Positions 1-11,414 of a DNA stretch of 64,000 nt are shown here, piece by piece. Position 1 is the first letter of the stretch. The number at the start of each line of letters is the position of its first letter. Source of the stretch: Malacoraja senta (lineage: Eukaryota); NCBI GenBank assembly GCA_038087875.1, contig JAXLNO010000659.1:62001-126000 (forward strand), given 5' to 3'. Both the position numbers and the translations under genes were made by a program. The notes beneath the pieces are model-generated. The model did no database searches. It was not told the origin of the DNA and worked only from the letters and a program-made list of their open reading frames with translations.

Positions 1-1235
1 CTTCTGGAATTTTTTGAGGATGTAACTAGGAAAATGGACAAGGGAGAGCCAGAGGATGTAGTGTACCTGGACTTTCAGAAAGCATTTGATAAGGTCCCAC
101 ATAGGAGATTAGTGGGCAAAATTAGAGCACATGGTATTGGGGTTAGAGTGCTGACATGGATAGAGAATTGGTTGGCAGACAGCAAACAAAGAGTAGGGGT
201 TAACGGGTCCCTTTCAGAATGGCAGGCAGTGACTAGTGGGGTACCGCAAGGCTCGGTGCTGGGACTGCAGCTATTTACAATATACATCAATGATTTAGAT
301 GAAGAGATTCAAAGTAACATTAGCAAATTTGCAGATGACACAAAGCTGGGTGGCAGTGTGAACTGTGAGGAGGATGCTATGAGAATGCAGGGTGACTTGG
401 ACAGGTTGGGTGAGTGGGCAGATGCATGGCAGATGCAGTTTAACGTGGATAAATGTGAGGTTATCCACTTTGGTAGCAAAAACAGGAAGGCAGATTATTA
501 TCTAAATGGTGTCAAATTGGGAAAAGGGGAAATACAACGGGATCTGGGGTCCTTGTTCATCAGTGAATGAAAGTAAGCATTCAGGTACAGCAGGCAGTGA
601 AGAAAGCGAATGGCATGTTGGCCTTCATAACAAGAGGAGTTGAGTATAGGAGCAAAGAGGTCTGTCTGCAGTTGTACAGGGCCGTAGTGAGACCACACCT
701 GGAGTATTGTGTGCAGTTTTGGTCTCCAAATTTGAGGAATCACATTCTTGCTATTGAGGGAGTGCAGCGTATGTTCACAAGGTTAATTCCCGGGATGGCG
801 GGACTGTCATATGCTGAGAAAATGGAGCGGCTGCGCTTGTATACTCTGGAATTTAGGATGAGAGGGCATCTTATTGAAACATATAAGATTATTAAGGGTT
901 TGGACATGTTAGAGGCAGGAAACATGTTCCCGATGTTGGGGGAGTCCAAAACCAGTGGCTACAGTTTAAGAATAAGGGGTGAGGAGATGAGGAAACACTT
1001 TTTCACACAGAGAGTTGTGAGTCTGTGGCATTTTCTGCCTCAGAGGCCTCAGAGAAAGTATCTCTGGATACTTTCAAGAGAGAGCTAGATAGGGCTCTTG
1101 AAGATAGCGGAATCAGGGGATATGGGGAGAAGGCAGGAACGGGGAACTTATTGTGGATGATCAGCCATGATCACATTGAATGGTGGTGTTGGCTTCAAGG
1201 GCCGAATGGCCTACTCCTGCACCTATTGTCTATTG
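1..1235 (+). mobile_element. CR1-clade LINE, 3' part (RT domain, C-terminus, 3' UTR), frameshifted
   Basis: ORFs 34-570 and 567-1088 carry CR1 RT motifs (YLDFQKAFDKV, SGVPQGSVLG, KFADDTKL, RPHLEYCVQFW); 3' UTR ends GGGCCGAATGGCCTACTCCTGCACC plus a (CTATTGT)n tail. Confidence 0.95.
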
Positions 1236-1458
1236 TCTGTACAGAGTTTGTATGTTCTCCCTGTGACAACATGAGTTTTCTCCGGGTGCTCCGGTTTCCC
1301 TGCATATTCCAAAGACATGTGGGTTTGTTGGTTAATTTGCTTCTCTAAATTGTCTCTAGTATTTAAGATAGAACTGGTGTGAAAGGATGAATGTTGGCCG
1401 GCATAGACTCAGTGGGCCGAAGGGCCTGTTTCCATGCTGCATCACTAAACTAAACTAA
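1236..1458 (+). mobile_element. HE1/V-SINE-type SINE, 5'-truncated
   Basis: V-domain-like TTCTCCGGGTGCTCCGGTTTCC, CR1-like 3' end GGGCCGAAGGGCCTGTTTCC, (TAAAC)n tail. Confidence 0.75.
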
Positions 1459-1605
1459 GGTGAGTGGATTATGATGTAATGAGGTGCATCTGAAGCTATT
1501 TAGTGGATATTTTATTTGAATTTGCATTCACTGACTTGGACAACTTTTGCAAGTTTATTTAAATGCATTCAGATCTGACTGGCGCAATGACCACCAAAGA
1601 TACTA

Positions 1606-2997
1606 TGTGTAGGAAGGAACTGCAGATGCTTGTTTATACCAAAGATGGACACAAATGCTGGAGTAACGCAGCGGGATCTCTGGAGAGAAGGAGTGAGTGA
1701 CATTTAGGGTCAAGACCCTGTTTCAGACTGAGAGTCAAGCGAGAGGGAAACGAGATATGGAAGGTACAAAGAACATGTAAGGTGTGAAACGAACAGATCA
1801 AAGCAGATGATGATCAAGGAACTTTAGAATGGTTCATTGTTGGATGAGGGGAAGGTGACAACGAGGCATACAAACAGTAAAATTAATCAGGACAGTGAAA
1901 CCAGTCAGAAAACTAGGGTGGGGGAGGAACGGAGAGAGAGGGAAAGCAAGGATTCCTTGAAGCTGGAGAAATCAATATTCATACTGCTGGGTTGTAAGCT
2001 GCCCATGCAAAATATGAGGTGGCGTTCCTCCAATTTGCTTTGGGCCTCACCCTGACAGTGGAGGAGGCCCAGGGTAGACAGGTCAGTACGAGAACGGGAG
2101 GGGAGTTCATGTGTTTAGCAACCAGGCCGAGGCGGATTGAGCGAAGGTGATCAGCAAAACGATCACCAAGCCTGTGCTTCGTCTCACCGGCATATAGGAG
2201 TCCACACCAGGATCAGCAAATACAATAGATGAGGTTGGAGGAGGTGCAAGTGAACCACTGGCTAACCTGAAAGGACTATCGGGGTTCCTTGGATGGAGTT
2301 GAGGGAGGAAGTATAGGGAACAGGTGTTGCGTCACCAGCAGTTGCAGGGGAAAGTATCTGGGGCAGGGGTGGGTTGGGTGGGAAGGCATGAGTTAACCAG
2401 GGAGTTGCGGAGGGAATGGTCTCTGCGGAAGGCAGAAAGGGCTGGAGATGGGAAGATGTGGGCAATGGTGGGATCCCATTGGAGGTGGTGAAAATATCGG
2501 AAGATTATAGTCTATATGCAACAGCTGATGGGGTGAAAGGGAGGACTAGGGGGACTCTGTTCCTGTTGCGACTGGGCGGAGGGGAAGCAGGAACGGAGCT
2601 GCAGGATATTGAGGAGACCCTCGTGCGGGCCTCTTCTATGATGGAAGAGGGGAACCCACGTTCTCTAAGTATGAGGACATCTTGGATGTCCTGGTGTGGA
2701 ACACCTCATCCTGGTCGCAGATGCGGCATAGACAGAGGAATTGGGCAGTGGGGATAGTTAGGGAAGCAGGGTGGGAAGAAGTGTAGTCTAGATAGTTGTG
2801 GGAGTCAATGCGTTTATAATAGATGTCAGTCGATAGTCTATCTCCTGTGATGGAGACAGTGAGATCAAGAAAGGGGAGGGAGATGTCGGAGATGGTCCAA
2901 GTGAATTTGACTGCAGGATGGAAATTGATAGTGAAGTTAGTGAAGTCTGTGAGTTCCGCATGGGTGCAGGAGGTAGCCCCGATGCAGCCGTCAACAT
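1606..2997 (-). mobile_element. Decayed Penelope-like element (RT C-terminus/GIY-YIG plus pLTR)
   Basis: Colinear with, but diverged from, the young Penelope copy at 15092-16350; includes the pLTR motif GAAGGAACTGCAGATGCT...TTCAGACTGA. Confidence 0.85.
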
Positions 2998-3361
2998 GAA
3001 AAGTGCAGTTAGAAGTGAATTGGGAGAATTTACCAGCAGCCGATGTGGAGGAAAAGAGGATGCATGTTGAAAGAATGATGACTAAGCTATCAGAGCAGGC
3101 CTACTCTCTGTTCCCTTGTAAACAAAACCAGCAAAATTTTCAAGTCTGTGATTATTGATTGGGAAAGGTTCAAGACAAAGGAGTAGACTGCTGTCCTGGG
3201 TTATTTGTGTTGGTGGTGGATTCATCGTTGCAGCTGCATGTGGTGCAGGAATTTCCAATAATCTGCTCTCAGATAGATGGGGAAATCAGATGGTTTGACA
3301 ACTGCCTCTTTCTTTTGTTTCCTGTACTCCCTTTGGGGCCTCTGTTTCTTCTCTCTCTTTA

Positions 3362-3731
3362 ACCATAACCATATAACCATTACAGCACAGAAACAGGCCA
3401 TCTCGGCCCTTCAAGTCCATGCCAAACACTTTTTTTTTGTTTTCCCCCCCCCTACTTTCTTCCCCCTAGTCCCATCTACCTGCACTCAGACCATAACCCT
3501 CCATTCCTTTCCCGTCCATATACCCATCCAATCTAATTTTAAATGATAAACTCGACCCTGCCTCCACCACTTCCACTGGAAGCTCATTCCACACAGCTAC
3601 CACTCTCTGAGTAAAGAAGTTCCCCTTAATGTTACCCCTAAACTTCTGTCCCTTAATTCTCAAGTCATGTCCCCTTGTTTGAATCTTCCCTACTCTCAAT
3701 GGGAAAAGCTTATCCACATCAACTCTGTCTA
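3362..3731 (-). mobile_element. CR1 LINE 3' fragment
   Basis: ORF 3466-3717 (TRGHDLRI...NFFTQRVV..WNELP) is a CR1 ORF2 C-terminus. Confidence 0.85.
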
Positions 3732-4072
3732 ACCTTTAAACTGGCCCTGTTTTTCTATGTGCGCTCCCTTTAAGCTCACTGTGGCCTAGTACCATAAGAC
3801 ATCGGAGCAAAATGAAGCCATTCAGCCCATCGAGTGTACTTCACCATTCAATCACAGTTAATCTATTTTTTCCATTTCAACCAAATATTCTGCTTTCTCC
3901 CCATACCTTCGACGCTCTTCCTAATCAAGAACCTATCAATCTCCGCTTCCAATTCCAATTTCCGTGCTCCCTTCTTAAATTTTAGATGTTTAAATATTAA
4001 ATATTTTATATTTACATTTTAAAATACGGTTCGCTGGAAAAGTTGTTACACTACTATGATTCAAGACCCTGA

Positions 4073-4688
4073 AGGGTCTGTCCCACTTAGGCGATTTTTT
4101 CGTCGACAGCCGGAAAATAGGCTGTCACCACATGGTCGCGGGGTGACGCCTGTATTCTCGTGAGTTGTCTCCTCAAGTGTCGCAACTTTTTTCTTGTTGC
4201 CACTGGATTTTGAAATGTTCAAAACCTTTTGGCGACAGCGGGCTTGACGTTGCCTGTCTTCCCCTGTTGTAGGTGCTGTCGTAGGTTGTTGCCAGGATGA
4301 CGCCAAATGACGTTGGTTGTCGCCGGGTGCTGACTTCGGTGAATTCTATTAGCGACTACCTATGTCAACCGGCGACAGGTACCGGCGACTGAATTGTCTT
4401 CAGTTGTCTTCAGTTGCTTGTCGTAACTTGTCGCGGGTGGACGTTGGTTGACTTCGGTTGTCGTAGGTTGTCGCCTGTGTGGTGGTAGGTTGTCGTAAGT
4501 GGCGTCCTAAGTCACGAAAATGCTTCGCCGGTTGTCGGTAGCTTGGCGTAGCTTGACGCCGTCTAGGTGGTAGGTTGTCGTAGACATTGTCGTAAGGGGG
4601 GGTCCTTTCGCCGCTTTTTCGGCGACCTGCTACGACTGTGACAGTCGCCGGCAGTCGGCAAAAAAATTGCCTAAGTGGGACAGGCCCT
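4073..4688. mobile_element. PIF/Harbinger-like MITE
   Basis: TIRs AGGGTCTGTCCCACTTAGGCGATTTTTT / AAAAAATTGCCTAAGTGGGACAGGCCCT, flanked by a 3-bp TGA duplication (4070-4072, 4689-4691); sister copy at 58759-59351. Confidence 0.85.
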
Positions 4689-4786
4689 TGAGACTCAAAT
4701 AGCACAGAAGTTGGGATGTCATGTTGCAGTTTGTATAAGACGTTGGTGAGACTGCATTTAGAGGTATTGTGTTCAGTTCTGGGCAC

Positions 4787-4922
4787 TTCTTTCTGCGTAT
4801 GGCGTGCACAGCCTAAAAGTTGTAGGTCAACTTGTTCTATTTCATCTATTATTGTGCATGTCGGGTTGATCGCATTAGTCGAAAACAGGGTGGACCACGT
4901 GAAGGTTGCAATCTCCCACCCC
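4787..4922 (-). mobile_element. Short non-autonomous retroposon (Ingi/Vingi-like) with a 5' ribozyme
   Basis: Flanked by GGGCAC direct repeats (4781-4786, 4924-4929) that restore the host CR1 on removal; minus strand starts GGGGTGG and ends CCATACGCAGAAAGAA. The clade assignment is inference. Confidence 0.75.
4868..4922 (-). ncRNA. Minimal HDV-like self-cleaving ribozyme
   Basis: P1 GGGGUGG/CCACCCU (G1.U wobble), P2 GAUUGCA/UGCGAUC, P3 ACC/GGU, L3 UUCACGU, G for P1.1, vestigial P4, J4/2 CUAA with the catalytic-C equivalent at 4878. Confidence 0.82.
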
Positions 4923-5241
4923 CGGGCACCATGTTATAGGAAAGATATTGTCAAGCTTGAAAGGTTCAGAGAATATTTACGAGGATGTTGCCAGGGCTAG
5001 AGGGTCTGAACTTTAGGGAGAGGTTGAGTAGGCTGAGTCTCTATTTCCTTGGAGCACAGGAGGATGAGGGGCGACCTTATAGAGGTGTATAAAATCATGA
5101 GAGGAATCAATCAGATAGATGCACAGAATCTCTTGTCCAGAGTAGGGAATCGAGGACCAGAGGACATAGGTTCAAGGTGAAGGGGAAAAGATTTTAATAG
5201 GAATCCGAGAGGTAACCTTTTCACATAAGGGGTGGCGGATG

Positions 5242-5518
5242 TCAAGTCAAGTCAAGAGAATCAAGAGAGTTTATTGTCATGTGTCCCAGATAGGACAATG
5301 AAATTCTTGCTTGCTGCAGCACAACAGAATATTTTAAGCATAAATACAGAACAGTTCAGTGTGTCTATATAGCAATAGACCATATATATACACATAAATA
5401 AACAGATAAAGCGCAATAGGCTGTTATAGTTCAGAGTTTGTTTGATGCGAGTTTAATAGCCTGATGGCTGTGGGAAGAGCTGTTCCTGAACCTGGATGTA
5501 CCAGATTTCAGGCTCCTG
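5242..5518 (-). mobile_element. Rex1/Babar-like LINE 3' end
   Basis: (CTTGA)n tail and GACAATAAA 3' end, shared with the copy split by the Helitron at 42560-48112. Confidence 0.6.
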
Positions 5519-6589
5519 CCAGAGGAGGTACTTGAGGTTGGGACTATCCCAATGTTTAGGAAACAGTTAGACTGATACATGGATAGGACAAGTTTGGAGG
5601 AATATGGACCAAACGCAGGCAGGTGGGACTAGTGTAGCTGGGACATGTTGGCCGGTGTGGGCAAGTTGGGCCGAAGGGCCTGTTCCCACACTGTATCACT
5701 CAATGACTCTAGCCAAAAACATTTGTGTGAAGCAAGTACTGATCTGTGTGAGGATGAACAACTGTTGATTGCAGCCACGCCACAGCATCTGTTGAGCTGA
5801 CTCAAAATAATTTTAATCTACACTTTGCTTCAATCATTGAGTTGTCTAATGTAAACACAAGTAAATGCATCAAATGTATGTACTTGGATTCATATATGTT
5901 CGATATTTCTTGTTCATAGCCAACCACGAGAAAAGATTGCAAGGGAAACAATTGTGTAGCAGTTGGTGAGTTAAAGGTTATCCCTTGTTGACAGAAAACA
6001 CACACAGGCACCTTCCAGTCCTAAATGGCAGCAAGTCATCTCAATTCCAAGAGACTGCCTAAGAAGAATGACAAAAGAAGTTAATTTTTTGGCCTGTCTT
6101 TTCGCTCTCCTGTTTGAGAATTGGCTATCAAGCAACCATTTAGAGCTACTCGGGCTTGGATGTCCCAGATGAAACATTGTATTCTAAGTAGCATTTACCT
6201 GCTCTTCCAAATTTATTTATTTTATTCTCATTTCTCTTTTTAATCCCACGACACTTTCTTTTGAATTACTGGTCCTTTTCCCCTTTGAGTTTTAACTGAA
6301 GGTGTATCAAAAGCTTCACTACGTGTACAAGATTTGTTGTGTTACTTATTCTGGAAGCTTATTGATTCATGTAGAAGTGGGCTACAGCTGGACAAATTGT
6401 TACTTAAGGATCTGTAGTCTGCATTTAATATGGCTGATCTGATTGTAACCTCAACTCTCCCCAAGATTGAAAAATATAGTAACAACATCAAACAGTGCAG
6501 AAACAGGCTCTTTAGCCTACCATGTCCTTGCTGCCCATCAAGAAGCTATCTACATTATTTTCTCCCTATTGTAACTGTCTATAATTTAG

Positions 6590-7100
6590 CTTCTTCAGAC
6601 TGAGGGTGGAGGGTAGCTCTCTCCCCTGACTCTCAGACTGAAGAAGGGTCTGGACCAGAAATGTCACCCATTCCTTCTCTCCAGTGATGCTGCTTATCTG
6701 GCTGTTACTCCATCGTTTTGTGTCTATCTTCGGTGTAAACCAGCATCTGCAGTTCTTTCCTATATATTTTACCTTTCTCTGTCTTCCTTGCCCCCTTTTT
6801 CTGTATCTTGTACTTTCTTGCCACCTTTCTGTTCTGCACCAGTCCCAAACCCACCCAGCCCCATAATAAGCCAAAGATAGACACAAAGTGCTGGAGTAAT
6901 TTGGCGGGTCAGGCAGCATCTCTGGAGAAAAAGGATGGGTGACGTGTCTGGTCTTCAGACTGAAAGTAGGGGGTGGGGAATGAGCTGGAGGCGAGAAAAG
7001 ACCAGGACAAATCGGGGCCAGTAACAAATGATCTAGGCAGAGTGGTGCCCTGGTAGGCTAATTGTTGTCTAGGGAAGATGTGAGCTCAAGAGGGATACTC
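6590..7100. mobile_element. Penelope pLTR remnants in both orientations
   Basis: CTGAAGAAGGGTCTGGACCAGAAATGTCACCC on the + strand near 6637, and an inverted pLTR copy at about 6875-6965. Confidence 0.7.
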
Positions 7101-7426
7101 AAGAGTAGAGCCATCCTGAACAAGCCTCTGAAAAGTGTCGTACACCTTTGGGCATTGCTCATTTGAAGGCATGCATTGATGGTGTTCAGAGGTTGGAGGG
7201 CAAATGCCACCGTTTAGAAATCAAACATGAGGAGGATTGGCTGGATTTTAATTGAAGTGAATCATGGACAAGAAAAAGTTTGGAAGGGAAGTCCACTTGC
7301 AACGCTCTGCCAGAAAAGAGTGGAATAGTTTATTGCAGAAATGCACATAAATACTTAGAACAGAATGTAGGCCATGGATCCTGTTTGCAGATGGCTTTGT
7401 TGACATATATGGAATTTATCCTATTA

Positions 7427-8675
7427 CTAGACTAAGTGGAACCCGTTGGGTCCCTGTCACACGGGAGGCCTGGCCCCCCCAACGCAACCCGTTCCCCAAT
7501 GCAATATTCCACCACTCACCCGTTCCCCCAATGCAACCCGTCCCCCCAACGCAATATTGCACCACTGACGCATAGCCCTCAACTGTGCAGGCACGGCTCA
7601 TTTCCCCTCATACCCCAGCACTCCCTCCACCTCTTCCACCCTCCCTCTTCTTTCCCCTCTCCTCCTCCCCTCCCCCAATCTCTCCGTCACCTCTCCCTCC
7701 CTCTCCTTTCCCCTACCCTCAGTCACTCCCTCCCTCCATAAAAAGCAGCATCACAGTTCCTTCCTCCACAGGTCATTCATTGTTGGCTGTGGTTTAGATC
7801 CCGTTGACTTGACGATTCGACCAGTTTGCATCGTGTGTGTATGTGTGTGTGTGTGAGTTACAAAAAATCCGCGCAAACTGCTCGGCCACTCTGCAACCCG
7901 ACTCTCCCTCCCTCCCTCCCTCTGCCCACTCCGGCTCAGCCGCCGCTCGGCCCGTCCCCGTCCTGTCCGACCGCCCGCTGCTGCCGCGCCCTACCCTGCC
8001 CACCTGCCTGCCTGCTCGCTGCCGCCCCCGGGCCGCGGTGGGGGGGGGGGGGGGGGGGGATGGAGTCAGTGTTCATCACGGTGGGCAACACGTCTTTTGA
8101 TGAGCTGGTGGAGAAGATTTCCGAGGAGGAGGCCGTGAGGGTGAGTTACCGCAACTGCGGTGGCGGAGGATACGGACCCGGGGGGACGGGTAGACGGGAC
8201 CGCCATTGCCGCAGAGGGCGGGTGGGGGAGAGGGGTGAGTGATGAGGGAGAGAGAGACAGGACCAGGGCCTCCACTGAACCCCCCCCCATGCGGCCGTCG
8301 CTGGTGGTGGGGGAGACGTTAGACAATTTACTCTGAGGAGGGGAGAGAGGAGTTTGTGAGTGAGGCGGGACAGGCCGCCGCTGGTGGGGCAGGAAGGGGC
8401 GTCACCATCTCGGCCGTGGCATTGACTGACAGGAGAAGAGACCAATCTGCGTGGCGCTGACTGAAGGAATCTGCGCACGCGCGGTTTTATGATTGTTAAA
8501 CCTCGATAACTTTTACAATATACCACCGATCAGAACGAAATGTTGCACTCGCAGCTCAGGAGAATGGAGAGTAACCTGGCGAAAAATCGTAGTGCTATCA
8601 CGTACCGTTTTTGCCCAAATAAAAAAATCCCGCAAACTGGAAGAGCACATGATCAGAGTTTTAGTTATGTATAGA
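7427..8675 (-). mobile_element. Non-autonomous Helitron carrying a captured ALG13 gene fragment
   Basis: Minus strand begins TCTATACATAACTAAAA (8675) and ends hairpin GGGACCC-AAC-GGGTTCC + ACTTAGTCTAG (7427); inserted between A and T with no TSD; both termini homologous to the Helitron at 42944-48028. Confidence 0.88.
8060..8140 (+). pseudogene. ALG13: ALG13 (UDP-GlcNAc transferase catalytic subunit) first coding exon, isolated copy inside a Helitron
   Basis: Encodes MESVFITVGNTSFDELVEKISEEEAVR (27 codons), matching the ALG13 N-terminal VFVTVGTTSFD(D/E)L motif, followed by a GTGAGT donor at 8141; no further ALG13 exons recognised in the window. Confidence 0.85.
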
Positions 8676-9540
8676 TGGTTTGAGAGAGTGAGGTTGAGGG
8701 GGATGAAAGCTTTTTTAATGCATTTATAAAGCACCTTTTGTAATATGCAATAAGCATTTAGCATGGAGATACATTTATGAAAGGCCACAAAACCATGAGC
8801 GCAGTTGTTATAAAACCCAAAAAGTGCAGTATATTACATATATAAAGTGTAATACTACAATCATGTATTGTGCTGGGAACTATGCTAATTTTGTGATGGC
8901 ATCAAGCTACCAACTGCTTTGGGTAGCGAAAAGGTTCTTTTTCTTTTTTAAATGGCTTGTTTACTTTGACAGAACGGGAAAGGGAACCCTTCTTGGTTAA
9001 TTTATTCTTATTGCATTGCCGTTTAAATTTGTAGAAGTTGTTACATTCATGAAGAGCTTGACTATATATTTGGAGAGCTGCACGTCATATATGTGCATTT
9101 TGGGAGTTTATTACAGTTCGTGTTATAACTTAAATGCAGTAGCCAATTTACACACAATAGCAATCGTACATGAACTGAGCTAATCAGTTTATTGTTGTTC
9201 TTTCAGAAGGTTGACTGAGAGGGCTGCGTCGACCCAGACAATATTAGTTAGTCCACAGCCTTGGAAATATCTCCATAGAATCACTGGATGTCTATTTGAG
9301 AACAAGCACAATCTATGTGTAATCGTCACTGAAGAGACAACATCCAGCACAGTTGCTAATAGCTGATGTTAAAGGAGAGAGAGGTTGCTCAGGAACTGTA
9401 ATAGTGCAGGAATTGGTTCTGATCCAGGCTCTGAAGACCTGTGACTTCCCATCTGGAATGGTGGTGGGATAGCTGGACAGCCAGTTGGAGTAGCAGTTTC
9501 CAGGAGCATTCTCATCACTGAGATGGGAGGGCTAGCGAGT

Positions 9541-9690
9541 GCGAGGGACAGGACTGGGGCATTTCCAGCCTTGTTAGTGCGAGGGACAGGACTGGGGCAT
9601 TTCTAGCCTTGTTAATACGAGGGACAGGACTGGGGCATTTCCAGCCCTTGTTAGTGCGAGGGACAGGACTGGGGCATTTCTAGCCTTGTT
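9541..9690. repeat. 38-bp minisatellite, 4 copies
   Basis: Unit GCGAGGGACAGGACTGGGGCATTTCCAGCCTTGTTAGT. Confidence 0.9.
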
Positions 9691-9756
9691 CCGCTGGAAG
9701 TATCTTGTGATGTTCCATCGCTTTTCATGATTGGTCCGTATTTGCATGACTAGTTG

Positions 9757-9990
9757 AGTTTAGAGATACAACGCGGTAACAGGCCCTTCAGCCCACCGAC
9801 CAGTGATCCCCATGCACTGGCACTATCCTACACATTAGTCAATTAACCTACAAACCTGTACGTCTTTGGAGTGTGGGAGGAAACCAGAGCAACCGAGGAA
9901 AACCCACGCGGTCACAGGGAAAACGTACAAACTCCGTACAGACATCACCCATAGTCAGGTTCAACCGTGGGTCTCTGACTCTGTAAGGGC
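9757..9990 (-). mobile_element. HE1/V-SINE-type SINE
   Basis: Reverse complement of the V-domain and tRNA-like head. Confidence 0.7.
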
Positions 9991-11278
9991 CATCACACCA
10001 GGAAGTGATTGGGGAGGGCATGTGATTGGTGTAGTACACTAGAGTGCCTGAGAATTGAGGTAAGTAATGCAACTTGGTACAGTTTGCTTAGTTCAGCATT
10101 GGAGAAGTAAGCGTTTATTGGCCAGATGTGTCCTGTTGCTACAGGATATTGTAATCCAAGTTCCCTTTCATTGCCCCATACAACATATTTATACGTCACA
10201 TGTGGGAATTGCATAACAATTTTTTTTCAGGAGTGACACATAACAGTGACTAATTTGGAGTTGTTTTCTTTTTGCTCCAGACTTTTTTTAATGTAAAAAA
10301 TATGCTTCATAAAAAAATTATATAGACAGACACTTCACTATACACACTTAATTCATAAATATATATATTTTTATACATGTAGTATATTTTTGAAAATGTA
10401 AACAAAAATTCTGGAGCTACAAGAAACAACACCAAATTAGTAGAAACAAGGAACTGTAGATGCTGGTTTACAAAAAAGGACATTAAGTTCTGGAGTAACT
10501 CAGTGGGTCAGGCAGCATCTCTGGAGAACACCAAATTAGTCATTGTTATGTGTTCCTCCTGAAAAAAATATTATTTTCTACAGTTGCAAAAAAAATACTG
10601 GAATGAAAAGCTAACTCATAGGTAGTAGACGACAAATAAATCTCAAGGCATATGCATTTGGCACTAGATGTAAGCACTCTCTGCTGTATGTTTTAAAAGG
10701 CAAAATTATTGCCAGGACATATGAGATGCCAGAGAGGAGATAAAAACATAACAAGGGACTATACAGCAGTAACTTTCTTCTTTTAGGTAATTTGAAGGAG
10801 AAATTTGCAATATATTCTACACCTTGATAATGATTGTATTAATCAGCTTTGTTTAGAAAGCTAACGCTAATTGAAATAGTGTCTATATCCTCGCATCACC
10901 ATTAAAGGCAAAACTTCAGTGTGCTTTGGTGCTACTGTATTTTTAAAACTTTAAAACTTCAAAACTAAATTAAACTATTTTGGTTAAAATTTGGAAATGT
11001 TGCGAGTTTTATTGTGTTGTCTCTTTTGTGATAAATATGGCTTGATTTGAAGTTGTCCATCAATCTACTTTAGTTTAGCAAAGTATAATAGGATTTATGT
11101 ACTGTATATAAGTATAAACTAGGCTGAGATTTATTAACTGCAAAGTGTGAAACACTCAACCAGTTTTCCAAGCTTTTTTTAGATTTACTCTCATTACCAC
11201 ATTGTGGTATTTTAATTATTTGTTTGTAATATTTCAAGTGAGATCAGTCGAATCCATTTTGTTTTTTTTCCCCCATAG

Positions 11279-11414
11279 GTGAAAATGAAATCCTTGCCAA
11301 TCTACACAAGATTGCAAGCAAGAATAAAATCTGGAGGTCTTACATTGGAATGGGCTATTACAACTGCTCAGTACCACAAGCAATTATCCGCAACCTGCTA
11401 GAAAATGCAGGATG
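11279..11414 (+). CDS. GLDC: Glycine decarboxylase (P protein), exon equivalent to human exon 3
   Basis: 136 nt, AG/GT flanked; [45 protein letters not shown]. Confidence 0.95.

Larger units (their letters stand above)
4695..5711 (+). mobile_element. Decayed CR1 3' fragment interrupted by two younger insertions
   Basis: LYKTLVRLHLE-like motif and CR1 3' UTR; interrupted at 4787-4922 and about 5242-5518. Confidence 0.8.

Noticed and set aside
5920..5966. Possible small exon (CATAG...GTTG|GTGAGT)
   Set aside because: Translation does not resemble GLDC exon 2 or any protein I recognise
8060..8140. True ALG13 gene start, or a misassembly joining ALG13 to GLDC
   Set aside because: No ALG13 exon 2 was recognised downstream, and the exon is enclosed by paired Helitron termini, so capture is the simpler explanation (not formally excluded without reads)
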